A stretch of 64,000 nucleotides of DNA from Eledone cirrhosa (Eukaryota): assembly GCA_964016885.1 (NCBI GenBank), contig OZ024760.1, positions 18,290,001 through 18,354,000 of the forward strand, given 5' to 3'. The translations under genes and the position numbers were made by a program. Below, piece by piece: positions 53,263 to 64,000 of the stretch (position 1 is the first letter of the stretch; each line of letters begins with the position of its first letter). Under the pieces are notes generated by a model, which was not told where the DNA came from, did not search any database, and saw only the letters and a list, made by a program, of their open reading frames with translations.

Positions 53263-53463
53263 TGGCGGATCATTGGCAGTATCGGTAGAGAGTCGGACAC
53301 CATGCTTTGAAGCATAGAGTTACGTCCCTTTATGATCTGATTTCAAATCCCGCCGAGGTTAACTTTGCCTTTCATCCTTACGGGGTCGATAAAATAAAGT
53401 ACCAGTAATGCACTGGGTAATTGCTGGCCTTGTGCCTAAAGTAGAAACAATTATTATTATTAT
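53263..53463 (+). mobile_element. Full-length SINE family 2
   Basis: GGCGGA...TGGCAGTATCGGTAGAG...GTAGAAACAATT(ATT)n. Confidence 0.85.
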
Positions 53464-53594
53464 ATTTATTTAAAACCTTCCATGACAATTTGTATCAGAA
53501 ACTTAGCTACACTTCAAACTTCACCGCAGTCGATAATTAGTCGACAAAATTCCAGACCTCATTTGTTTAACGAGTGGAATGGAGCTTGTCAAAT

Positions 53595-53780
53595 CTTCCC
53601 AGGTCTTTCTTGGTCTACCTCTACCGAGGCTTCCTTCCACTGGCATTTCCTGGCACTTCTTCACCCAACAATCGTTGTCCATGCGCATCTCATGTCCATA
53701 CCAACGCAGTCTTCTCTCCTGCATATCACCTCGGATTCCTCTTAAACCTCTCATAACCTCTGCCCAGGTCTTTCTTGGTC
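53595..53780 (-). pseudogene. RTE-clade LINE C-terminal fragment
   Basis: QERRLRWYGHEMRM...WVKKC...GRGRPRKTW. Confidence 0.85.
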
Positions 53781-53804
53781 ATCCTATATATATATCGACA
53801 GGCG

Positions 53805-54015
53805 ATTGACTTTCGTCAAATCGGACCGAGGAAACAATGCTTCCATCGATCTTTCCAATTGCTAATACTATCTGTCGGTCGCAACTCCAGGCAAAAGGAG
53901 CAACGTGAAATTAAGTGTCTTGCTGAAGGACATAACGCATCACCCAGTCTGGGAATCGAACTCACAACCTCATGATTGCAAATCCAATTCTCTAACCACT
54001 CGGCCACGAGCCTTC
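53805..54015 (-). mobile_element. tRNA-headed SINE (family 1-like head, divergent tail)
   Basis: Reverse complement GGCTCGTGGCCGAGTGGTTAGAG...GAGTTCGATTCCCAGACTGGG...CCTTCAGCAAGACACTT. Confidence 0.7.
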
Positions 54016-54259
54016 AATAGCTAGAAAATTCTAATTCCTTTCAAAGTTTTGATGATTTTCAAAATTATTTGAAAGTCCTCGGCAGTGTGATTCATTTGAA
54101 ATATGGTAAAGAAAGGATGAAAGTTTTCTAAATTAACTGTGAATTCTGAGACAATGGCTGAAGTGTTTAAGCTGCTTATCTGAAGAGTGAAAATAGACTG
54201 TAGTGATAAGTGATACTTCAGCACTGTTTATATATGCACACATATATACATACATATCT

Positions 54260-54298
<39 letters not shown>

Positions 54299-54302
54299 AA
54301 TA

Positions 54303-54338
<36 letters not shown>

Positions 54339-54637
54339 TATTTATATATATATATATATATGTGTGTGTGTATGTATATATATATGTATCCTGTCGCTAA
54401 GGCAACTAACCAACCATACGCTGGGTTTTTTTTTACTCATCTCCGTCATCACTATCACCATCATCATCAAGTTACATATTAAATTAATGGACTGGCTGGC
54501 AGTTGTCAGAATCTCTACCAGGATATTGTTTTAAAAGAAATATGTCTTCTCATTCTTCGCTTCTGAAAATAAATTATTATTATCATTATTATTATTATTA
54601 TCATTATTATTATTATTATCATTATTATTATTTGTAG

Positions 54638-55565
54638 GATGGTGGATTAGCAGTAATTGGTAGAGCGTCAGACACCATGCTTTGTGGCATAAAGTTGTAG
54701 CCCTTTAGCCTTCTAAGTTTAACATTCTAAGTTCAAATCTCGCCAAGGTTAGCTTTTCCTTTCATCCTTACGAGGTCGATAAAATAAAGTACCAGTAATA
54801 CACTGGGTTTGATTTAATTGGCTTTCCCTTCCCAACAAAATATTGTTGGCTTTGTTCCTAAATCAGAAACCATTAATCCCCCCGAGGTTAACTTTGCCTT
54901 TCATCTTTTTGGGGTAAATAAAATAAAGTACCAGTAATTCACTGGGGTAATTGCTGGCCTTGTGTCAAAAGTAGAAACAATTATTATTAAGAATTTGAAA
55001 GCTACGACAATGCGGGTTAGACGGAAAATAATCAAGTCGTAAGAAACAGGGGTTGTTTTTTTACCTTAATTTATTATTATTTCATCCTTATCGGGTTGAT
55101 AAAATAAAGTACCGGTAATGCATTGTGGGGTTAATTTAATCAACTTTCCCGTCCCATCATCCACAAAATTGTTGGCTTTGTGTCTAAATCAGAAACCATT
55201 ATTATTTAGGTGGATTGGCAGTATCGGTAGAGGGTCGGACGCCATGCTTTGACGCATAGTTACGGCCCTTGCCATTCTGAGTTCAAATCCCGCTGAGGTT
55301 AACTTTTCCTTTCATCCTTACGGGGTCGATAAAATAAAGTACCAGTAATACACTGGGATAATTGCTGGCCTTGTAGAAGGCCAAAAGTAGAAACAATTAT
55401 TATTTATCAGACTGAGTTCAAATCCTGCCGAGGTTAACTTTGCCTTCCATCTTTACGGGGTAAATAAAATAAAGTACCAGTAATGTACTGGGTTCGGTTT
55501 AATCCACTTTTCCCTTCTTCTCCACACACAAAATTGTTGGCCTTGTGCCTAAATCAGAAACCGTA
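54638..55565 (+). mobile_element. Cluster of five head-to-tail full or partial SINE family 2 copies
   Basis: Repeated ATAAAATAAAGTACC(A/G)GTAAT...AGAAAC units at ~54780, 54920, 55100, 55330, 55465. Confidence 0.8.
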
Positions 55566-55677
55566 ATTATCCGTAATAGTAATGGTGGCTGTCATAGTTG
55601 AAATAAGGGTAACAGATGTAATGACAATATAGTAATAACAATAATACTAATAATAATAATAATAATAATAATGATGA

Positions 55678-55990
55678 TTTCTTTATTGGCCACAAGGGCT
55701 GACATCAAGAAAAACATTATAGACGGTACAGGACGGTACGATGTGGGTTTTGTGCGTGTAAATATTTTTATTATTTATATAAGAAAAGGAAAAAAAAAGG
55801 ACATAAAACATATATATATATATATATATGTTTATATATATATATATGTTTATATATATATAAACAATAAAAATGAAAATTGAAACAATGAAAAATTCCC
55901 CAATAGGGGGGGAACCTCCGAGGGTTACCCGTGGGGAAAACCACACAAAAGACGACGGCCACCCTGACCACCAGGGCAATCGCCCTCTCT
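55678..55990 (-). mobile_element. Probable LINE 3' UTR fragment
   Basis: Minus strand ends CCCTTGTGGCCAATAAAGAAA followed by an (ATT)n tail; clade not assignable. Confidence 0.35.
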
Positions 55991-56422
55991 CAATAATAAT
56001 AATATTAATAGTAATAGTAATGGTGATAATCTTTTTCTGTAATGATGTTGATGATGATGGTGATGTTGATGGCGGTGGTGGCGGTGGTGGTGGTGGGGGG
56101 GGGGGGGGGGGGGGGTGATTTCATCTAATTTGGAAACAGCAGGCACAAACTGCCTGGAAAGATTTCTCTATAAGATTACTTGACTGTTCTTTCTTCTTTT
56201 TCTCCTCCTCCTTGTCCTCATCATCATCACTCCTACCCCCCTCCCTCCCTCTCTTCTCCTCCCTGTCCACCTCCTACTCCTACTGCCACCCTCGGCCCAC
56301 CTCATCCCCGCTGCTGCCGTGTGGTGTGGTGTGCACCGTTGGTAACTTCTGCCGGCCGACTGCAATAGTTGTGTGTGCGTAGAAATATATATATATATAG
56401 GTATATATATATATATATATAT

Positions 56423-56477
<55 letters not shown>

Positions 56478-56630
56478 TATATATATATATATATATATAT
56501 AGGTATATATATATATATATATATATATAGGTATATATATATATATATATATATATAGGTATATATATATATATATATATATATAGGTATATATATATAT
56601 ATATATAGGTATATATATATATATATATAT

Positions 56631-56696
<66 letters not shown>

Positions 56697-56732
56697 ATAT
56701 ATATATATATATATATAGAGGTATATATAGAG

Positions 56733-56776
<44 letters not shown>

Positions 56777-56830
56777 GTATGTATATATATATATATACCT
56801 TTCTCTCTCTCTCTCTCTCTCTCTCTATAG

Positions 56831-56864
<34 letters not shown>

Positions 56865-57004
56865 CTCTATCTCTCTCTCTCTATATATATATATATACCT
56901 ATATATATATATATATAGAGGATAATAACTAGAAATTGATTTAGATTAAATTCATTTGATTTATCTTAATTTTGGATATCTATATATATATATATATAGA
57001 GGTA

Positions 57005-57056
<52 letters not shown>

Positions 57057-57092
57057 TATATAGGTATATATATATATATATAGGTATATATA

Positions 57093-57290
57093 TCATCATC
57101 ATCATCACCGTTTTACGTCCGTTCTTCCACGCTAGCATGGGTTAGACGGGTTGTCCTGTTGTGGGCAGTGTCTGGTCGGCTGACCATGCCTTGCTCATAC
57201 AGGAACTGATTTGGCTTGATTTCTACAGCTGGATGCCCTTCCTAACACCAACCTCATTTACAGTGAGTGCTGGGTGCTTTTTTGTGGCGC
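57093..57290 (-). mobile_element. SINE family 1-type 3' tail fragment
   Basis: CTACAGCTGGATGCCCTTCCTAACACCAACCTCATTTACAGTGAGTGCTGGG. Confidence 0.75.
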
Positions 57291-57334
57291 CTACATATAT
57301 ATACCTATATATATATATATATATATATATATAG

Positions 57335-57366
<32 letters not shown>

Positions 57367-57593
57367 CTATATATATATCTATATATATATATATACCTAT
57401 ATATATATATATATATATATACCTATATATATATATTTATATATATATATATACCTATATATATATATATATTTGTATGTGTTTTTGTGTGATGTTTTGG
57501 TGAACAAGCTTCTAGTCTTCTCTACTCTGCCTGCATAATATATACATATAAACGATAAACACTACATATATATAACATATATATATATATAAA

Positions 57594-57648
<55 letters not shown>

Positions 57649-57793
57649 CACTCTCACACAATATATATATACACTCTCACACCCTTCTTTCTCTCCTCTC
57701 TGTTCAGCATGTCTTATAACGCACTGAGAAGCAATTGTCCTGGAATTACTGAGATTTTGCCTTTTTTTTCCTTTTCATTTTTTTTAACACACG

Positions 57794-57887
<94 letters not shown>

Positions 57888-58245
57888 GTGTATATATATC
57901 ACACACACATACACATAAATCTACACATATTCAACCACCAATACTAATACATATATATATATACATACATACATACACAAGTAAATTTATACACACACAT
58001 GCATACACTTGTACGAATATATATATATATATGCACACATACATATGCATAAATCTACACACAAACGTACATCAATACAAATATATATACACACACACAT
58101 ATATACACACAAATATATATACACACAAATATATCTACACACACTATAAATGTTTGTATATAGATATATATCTAAATAAATATATATATATATACATGTG
58201 TATTTAAATATATACCAAAATATATACATATATATACACACACTC

Positions 58246-58278
<33 letters not shown>

Positions 58279-58443
58279 CACACATAAATATTTATAAATA
58301 CACGTTAACACATACACACACACACATATATATATTTATATACACGTACACACACAAATATTTATAAATACACACACATACACATATATATATATATATA
58401 TACATGTACACACAAATATTTATAAATACACACACATACACAC

Positions 58444-58482
<39 letters not shown>

Positions 58483-58683
58483 AATATATATAAATACACA
58501 CACATACACATATATATATATATATACACGCACACACACAAATATATATAAATACACACACATACACATATATATATATATACACACACACACAAATATT
58601 TATAAATACACACACATACACATATATATATATATATATATACACGCACACACACAAATATATATAAATACACACACATACAC

Positions 58684-58724
<41 letters not shown>

Positions 58725-58753
58725 AATATTTATAAATACACACACATACACAC

Positions 58754-58788
<35 letters not shown>

Positions 58789-59244
58789 AATATTTATAAA
58801 TACACACACATACACACATACACATATATATATATATACACACACACTTGCACATACACATACTGATCCTGTAACCAAACTACTGCAGAGCATTAAAATA
58901 AAATTCTCAATACAGGAAACAAGGTTATTTTACCTACTGGCGTTACCATTCTGTTGAGGTACTGACTGTGGAAAGTCTTTGGAAGTTATACATTAAATAT
59001 ATTCTATATGTATCTACCTAAATATATACATTATACAGCTTTCATTCCTGGATGTACTACACAGCTACGATAGAGGTAAGATATAGCTAGCTATCTGTGT
59101 ATATATACACACGTTATTCTATATACTATACATGCACCTTTGATGAGTTGTACTACACCTGAGCACTGTCATTTTACACAATAATTTCGTAATTTTCGTT
59201 ATTATTATTATTATTTCATTATTATTGTTATTATTATTATTATC

Positions 59245-59397
59245 AAATCTCCACCGAGGTTAACTTTGCCTTTCATCCTTACAGGGTTGATAAATACAGC
59301 ACCAGTAATGCACCGGGGTCGATTTAATCGATACACCCCCCTCCCCCCTCAAAATTACTGGCCTCGTGTCTAATTTAGAAATCATTATTATTATTAT
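59245..59397 (+). mobile_element. SINE family 2, 5'-truncated
   Basis: CCGAGGTTAACTTTGCCTTTCATCCTT...TAGAAATC(ATT)n. Confidence 0.75.
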
Positions 59398-59439
59398 ATA
59401 CTCATATATATATATATATACACACAAGAGATGTCAACA

Positions 59440-59642
59440 TGAATGGACCTGTTATTTTTATCTAAAGACATTTTTTTCTAATTCCAACCCGCCCGTCCCC
59501 TCAATCTATCTTATTTCTCATTCTTTCTTCTGATGGACTAGTGTCCGAAACGTTAAGACCCTCTCCCTGCTATATCAAGCGTTAATCTAATATACTCCTT
59601 CCATATACTGTACCGATTCTGTTGATATTTCTGTTTACCATA
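59440..59642 (+). mobile_element. Family C pLTR relic with an inactivated hammerhead (59526-59558)
   Basis: UCUU CUGAU---GGAC UAGU GUCC GAAA CGUU AAGA (3-nt core deletion). Confidence 0.75.
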
Positions 59643-59906
59643 TATATATATAAAATGTTACTTACTTCTGTATTTGAAAGAAACACATGTAAATCAATAT
59701 ATATATATTTATATATACATACACATATATATATTTATATATACATATATATATTAAAATAACAGATTAAAGTGAAAGCAGCGATTCTTTGCTTAAACTT
59801 TAATTTGTTATTTTAATGAATATTTGCTCTACTGGTTTTTATATATATTTATATATATATAATCCTTATCGAGCCCTCGTCGGATTTTAGTCTTCACATT
59901 TATTAT

Positions 59907-59947
<41 letters not shown>

Positions 59948-60012
59948 CTTCCACCTCAGTTACTTGTCGTTTTAACAATATTTTTTCTCTCCAAATCTTT
60001 TCTCCTCTTTAA

Positions 60013-60837
60013 CCCTTTAGTATTAAAATATAATAGTAAATATAGATATTGTTATACTTTGGGAGGGTCATGTTGCCAATAAGAAACACACGCACCAGTT
60101 GCTTTCACTTCAATTTATTATATATTTATAAATTTATAAATTTACAAATCTACAAACTTATAAATTTCTGGTTGGTTGGTTTAATATAGAGTATTTACAT
60201 TACTCTATATTTACTATTATATTTACTATTATATTTTCATGGAAAAAGCTTTACCTTACATAATATCTCGCATAACATTTATATTACTCTATATATCCTA
60301 TTGTATTTTCATGATAAAGGGTTAGCCTCACATAACATCTCACATAACATTTACATTACTCTATATATACTATTGTATTTTCATGGCAAAGGCTTTACCT
60401 CACATAATACCTCACATAACATTTACATTACTCTATATATACTATTGTATTTTTATGATAAAGGGTTAGCCTCACATAACATCTCACATAACATTTACAT
60501 TACTCTATATATACTATTGTATTTTCATGGCAAAGGCTTTACCTCACATAATACCTCACATAACATTTACATTACTCTATATATACTATTGTATTTTTAT
60601 GATAAAGGGTTAGCCTCACATAACATCTCACATAACTCTATATATACTATTATATTTTCATGGTAAAGGCTTTACCTCACATAATTATCTCATATAATAT
60701 CGAATTTATGAGATTTTGATATTATTTATTTTGAGAACAATACCTTAATGTAAGTATGAGTAGCAGGTTATGGCCGGTTTGAACAGAAAGCGGTGAGAGA
60801 AGTCTGGCCGGGTATGGCCTGTTTAAATGCTTAAGGG
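60013..60837 (+). mobile_element. piggyBac-type MITE with ~7x 72-bp expansion and a nested repeat
   Basis: TTAA-CCCTTTAG at 60009 and AAATGCTTAAGGG-TTAA at 60841; unclassified repeat nested at 60046-60180. Confidence 0.7.
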
Positions 60838-61070
60838 TTAAACTGTATCTCCTGATGAAGGGCTGAAGCCCAATACATTCAACTGGGACGCATTTGTGCA
60901 GGACATGGTTCTTTGACCACAACAACCTGTCTAAACCATGTCAGCATGTAAAACAATAAAGTGTTGTCTTGAAAATCAAGTTGAATCAAGGGTGTATTAG
61001 AGTTTATAGAATAATTGGAAACTCAATGTAGAAGAAAACTGCTTGTATGTGTGTCTGTGTTTATCTGTGC

Positions 61071-61114
<44 letters not shown>

Positions 61115-61224
61115 ATCTGTATATATATATATATGTGTGTGGATGTATATGTGTATGTATGTCAAAAAGAACAACTGTCTGTTTGTGTTATTTACACACT
61201 TCTCAGGGTGTGATACTGTCATAT

Positions 61225-61770
61225 TAGGGCGGTGGTGGTGGTGTGGTGGTGGTGTGGTAGTGATGATGGTTGTCGTGTGGTGGTGGCGATGGTGTGGTGG
61301 TGGTGACGTGGTGTGGTGGTGGTGTGGTAGTGGTGATGGTGGTGAGGTGGTGGTGGTGGTGATGGTGTGGTGGTGTGGTGGTGGTGGTGGTAATGGTGTG
61401 GAGGCGGTGGTGGTGGTGGTGGTGGTGGTGAGGTGAGGTGGTGTGATAGTGGTGGTGGTGTGATAGTGGTGGTGGTGAGGTGGTGGTGGTGGTGGTGTGG
61501 TGGTGGTGGTAATGGTGTGGAGGCGATGGTGGTGGTGGTGGTGAGGTGAGGTGGTGTGATAGTGGTGGTAGTGATGAAATAGTAAGGTAGTAGTGGAGAT
61601 GTGCTGGTGCTGTAGTTGAGGTAGAATGGAGGAGGTAGTGGGGGTGTAGTGGCAGTTTTGATGAAAATAGTTGTGGTGATAGTGTAGTAGTGGTGGTAGT
61701 GAAGTGGTGGTGGTGGTGGTAGTACAGTGATGTGGTGGTGGTACAGTGGTGGTGGTTTAGTGGGTGTGGT
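61225..61770. repeat. Degenerate (GGT)n simple repeat
   Basis: Direct inspection. Confidence 0.85.
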
Positions 61771-61825
61771 AGCTTCAAAATAGTCAAGTAAACATATACA
61801 CATACAACACAGTCACACACATACA

Positions 61826-61870
<45 letters not shown>

Positions 61871-61939
61871 ACACACACTCACACACATACACACACTCAC
61901 ATAACACACACACATGACGCATCCCTGATCTCACTAGCT

Positions 61940-62908
61940 TTGTCGGCGTATCTTTTGTCGGTAACCACGTGCCGCGTCCTCGTCAGCAGGGTTCTTCAAA
62001 ACACAACAGAACCCTCTGTGTTCAGAGAACGTGAGGCCGCCTGTGAGACGTGGCACCGGCTGGGACTTAGCCCAGTAGACGTCCCTCCTCCTTCTTCCCC
62101 TGTTGACGTCAAGTCCCCCCAACGCACTTGGGGTGCCATCAAATGCAGCCTGGCCTCAGACAGGCTCACGCGCCAGCTCGACCGCCCTGCTTGTTTTTGT
62201 GCGGCCTCCAAACCCCACAGTGGTGCCTGGCTCCATGCTCTGCCCTCCTTCTCCACAGGCACGCAGCTAGACAACCATAGCCTGCGAATCGGCGTTTCCC
62301 TGAGGCTCGGCCTCCGGATCTGCCAGCCACACCAATGTCGCTGCGGTTCCACTGTGGACCCTTTCGGCCTCCACCCGCTGTCCTGTCGCCACAGTGCCGG
62401 CCGCATTCCACACCATACTGCCCTCAATGAAGTCATTAAGCATGGCTTGGACGCTGCAGGCTTCCCTTCCCAGCTCGAGCTGGTGGGGCTGGACCGAGGG
62501 GACGGCAAAAGGCCAGATGGCATGACCATCTTCCCGTTCCGTGGTGGCAAACCCCTCGTCTGCGATGCCACTTGCACCGACACTTTCTGCAGCCGCAACC
62601 TGGTGCAGTCTGCGACTGACCCAGGTTCTGCCGCACGTCGGGCTGAGGGGGCCAAACTCCTCAAATACCGGTCGCTCTCCGACAGGTTTGCGGTCATTCC
62701 CCTAGCAGTGGAGACTTCTGGTGTCCTCGGCCCCAGGGCTACCTCCTTACTCACCACCATAGGCGCTGAGCTGGCCAGCCGCAGGTGTGAGCCCCGCGAG
62801 TTGGAGTGGCTTTTCCAGCGCGTCTCCCTCGCCGTCCTCCGGGGAAACGCCTTCTCCATTCTGTCCGCCGGGGCTGTGGGTGGGCCCCATCGCGTACCAA
62901 TACATTAG
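61940..62908 (+). mobile_element. 5'-truncated CRE-like non-LTR retrotransposon: zinc knuckle plus restriction-like endonuclease C-terminal region
   Basis: SGAWLHALP...LRIGVSLRLG; CRCG..DPFGLHPLSC (CCHC); RPDG...CDATC...AEGAKLLKY (PD-(D/E)xK); PLAVETSG; WLFQRVSLAVLRGNA; GC-rich island; RT domain absent. Confidence 0.85.
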
Positions 62909-63094
62909 TTAAATACCATTCTTTCATCACTACACACACAGTTCCAGTGTGTTTATAAAAACCTCTTAGAAACTACAGCTACACAATCAGTTTCATGTAT
63001 TGTTGGGGTTCATCAGGGTGACCCTTAGCTCAGTTTCATGTGGCATTAAGTAACTCAGAGTACAAGACTCACCCCTGGACATGTTGCTAGCCCA

Positions 63095-63282
63095 TTTGGC
63101 AGTATCGGTAGAACGTCAGACACCATGCTTTGCAGCATAGAATTATGGCCCTTTACATTCTGAGTTCAAATCCCGCCGAAGTTAACTTTGCCTTTCATCC
63201 TTACGGGGTCGATAAAATAAAGTACCAGTAATGCACTGGGGTAATTGCTGGCCTTGTGCCAAAAAGTAGAAACAATTATTAC
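63095..63282 (+). mobile_element. SINE family 2
   Basis: TGGCAGTATCGGTAGA...GAGTTCAAATCCCGCC...GTAGAAACAATTATT. Confidence 0.85.
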
Positions 63283-63499
63283 CACCAACTTAACCTCCCC
63301 GACCCCCCAGTTGCAGCTGGTACTGAGTGGGTTGGTGTAATATTAAATGAAATGCCTTGCTCAAGGAATCAATTCACTACCTGGATATAGAAACCATGAC
63401 CAAGGAGACATTACAGAATACCCTTCCCTCCACCCAAACAAAACATGGAAAAATAAGGGTTGGTATTTTATTGATCACAGGTGTAGTACGTCACGGGTT

Positions 63500-64000
63500 T
63501 GCCTAGGGTTAAACAACCACTGAGTATATTTTAAAAGGAAGAGAACTTCACCACAGCCATAGGTTGGGCCTAGGGTTAAACAGCCAGTGTGTATATCATA
63601 AAAGACAGAACTTCACTACAGCCATAGGTTGGCCTAGGGTTAAACAGCCAGTAAGACTGAGATCTTTACCACAGCTACAGGTTGGCCTAGGGTTAAACAG
63701 CCAGTAAGACTGAGATCTTTACCACAGCCACAGGTTGGCCTAGGGTTAATCAGCCAGTAAGACTGAGATCTTTACCACAGCTACAGGTTGGCCTAGGGTT
63801 AAACAGCCAGTAAGACTGAGATCTTTACCACAGCTACAGGTTGGCCTAGGGTTAAACAGCCAGTAAGACTGAGATCTTTACCACAGCTACAGGTTGGCCT
63901 AGGGTTAAACAGCCAGTAAGACTGAGATCTTTACCACAGCTACAGGTTGGCCTAGGGTTAAACAGCCAGTAAGACTGAGATCTTTACCACAGCTACAGGT
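63500..64000. repeat. 53-bp satellite GGCCTAGGGTTAAACAGCCAGTAAGACTGAGATCTTTACCACAGCTACAGGTT, running off the window end
   Basis: 53-nt period; longer, diverged units at 63500-63630. Confidence 0.9.

Noticed and set aside
59039-59075. Possible 37-nt exon (CAG|...GAG|GTAAGA) encoding LSFLDV-like text
   Set aside because: Weak polypyrimidine tract, not frame-preserving, no other support.
60848-60885. CTGATGAAGGGCTGAAGCCC hammerhead-like start
   Set aside because: Stem II is good, but GAAA is replaced by AATA and stems I and III are not evident; at most a decayed relic.
61996-62859. 287-aa minus-strand ORF
   Set aside because: Antisense shadow of the GC-rich CRE-like ORF.
62981-63020. Minus-strand CTGATGA...GAAAC
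   Set aside because: Stems I and II do not pair convincingly.
63500-64000. Telomeric repeat
   Set aside because: Only one TAGGGTTA per 53-bp unit, not a (TTAGGG)n tract.

Overview
AT-rich, repeat-saturated eukaryotic DNA. The SINE/LINE repertoire and (TA)n/(CA)n density point to an octopod cephalopod (inference). No intact host protein-coding gene is visible; almost all long ORFs are microsatellite or satellite artefacts. Recognisable coding relics are non-LTR retrotransposon fragments (CRE-like with zinc knuckle and RLE, RTE, CR1). The window also holds two tRNA-headed SINE families, piggyBac-type and Tc1/mariner-type MITEs, and many satellites, several seeded inside transposons. The main hidden signal is about 17 complete, partial or decayed minimal type I hammerhead ribozyme motifs from at least six sequence families. 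Most sit in outward-facing inverted-repeat cassettes beside (TA)n tracts, typical of Penelope-like element pseudo-LTRs or retrozyme-like elements. They include a U3-A8 compensatory core and U10.1-U11.1 variants. A candidate recursive splice site or 57-nt exon at 29.3 kb suggests the window may lie in a long + strand intron.
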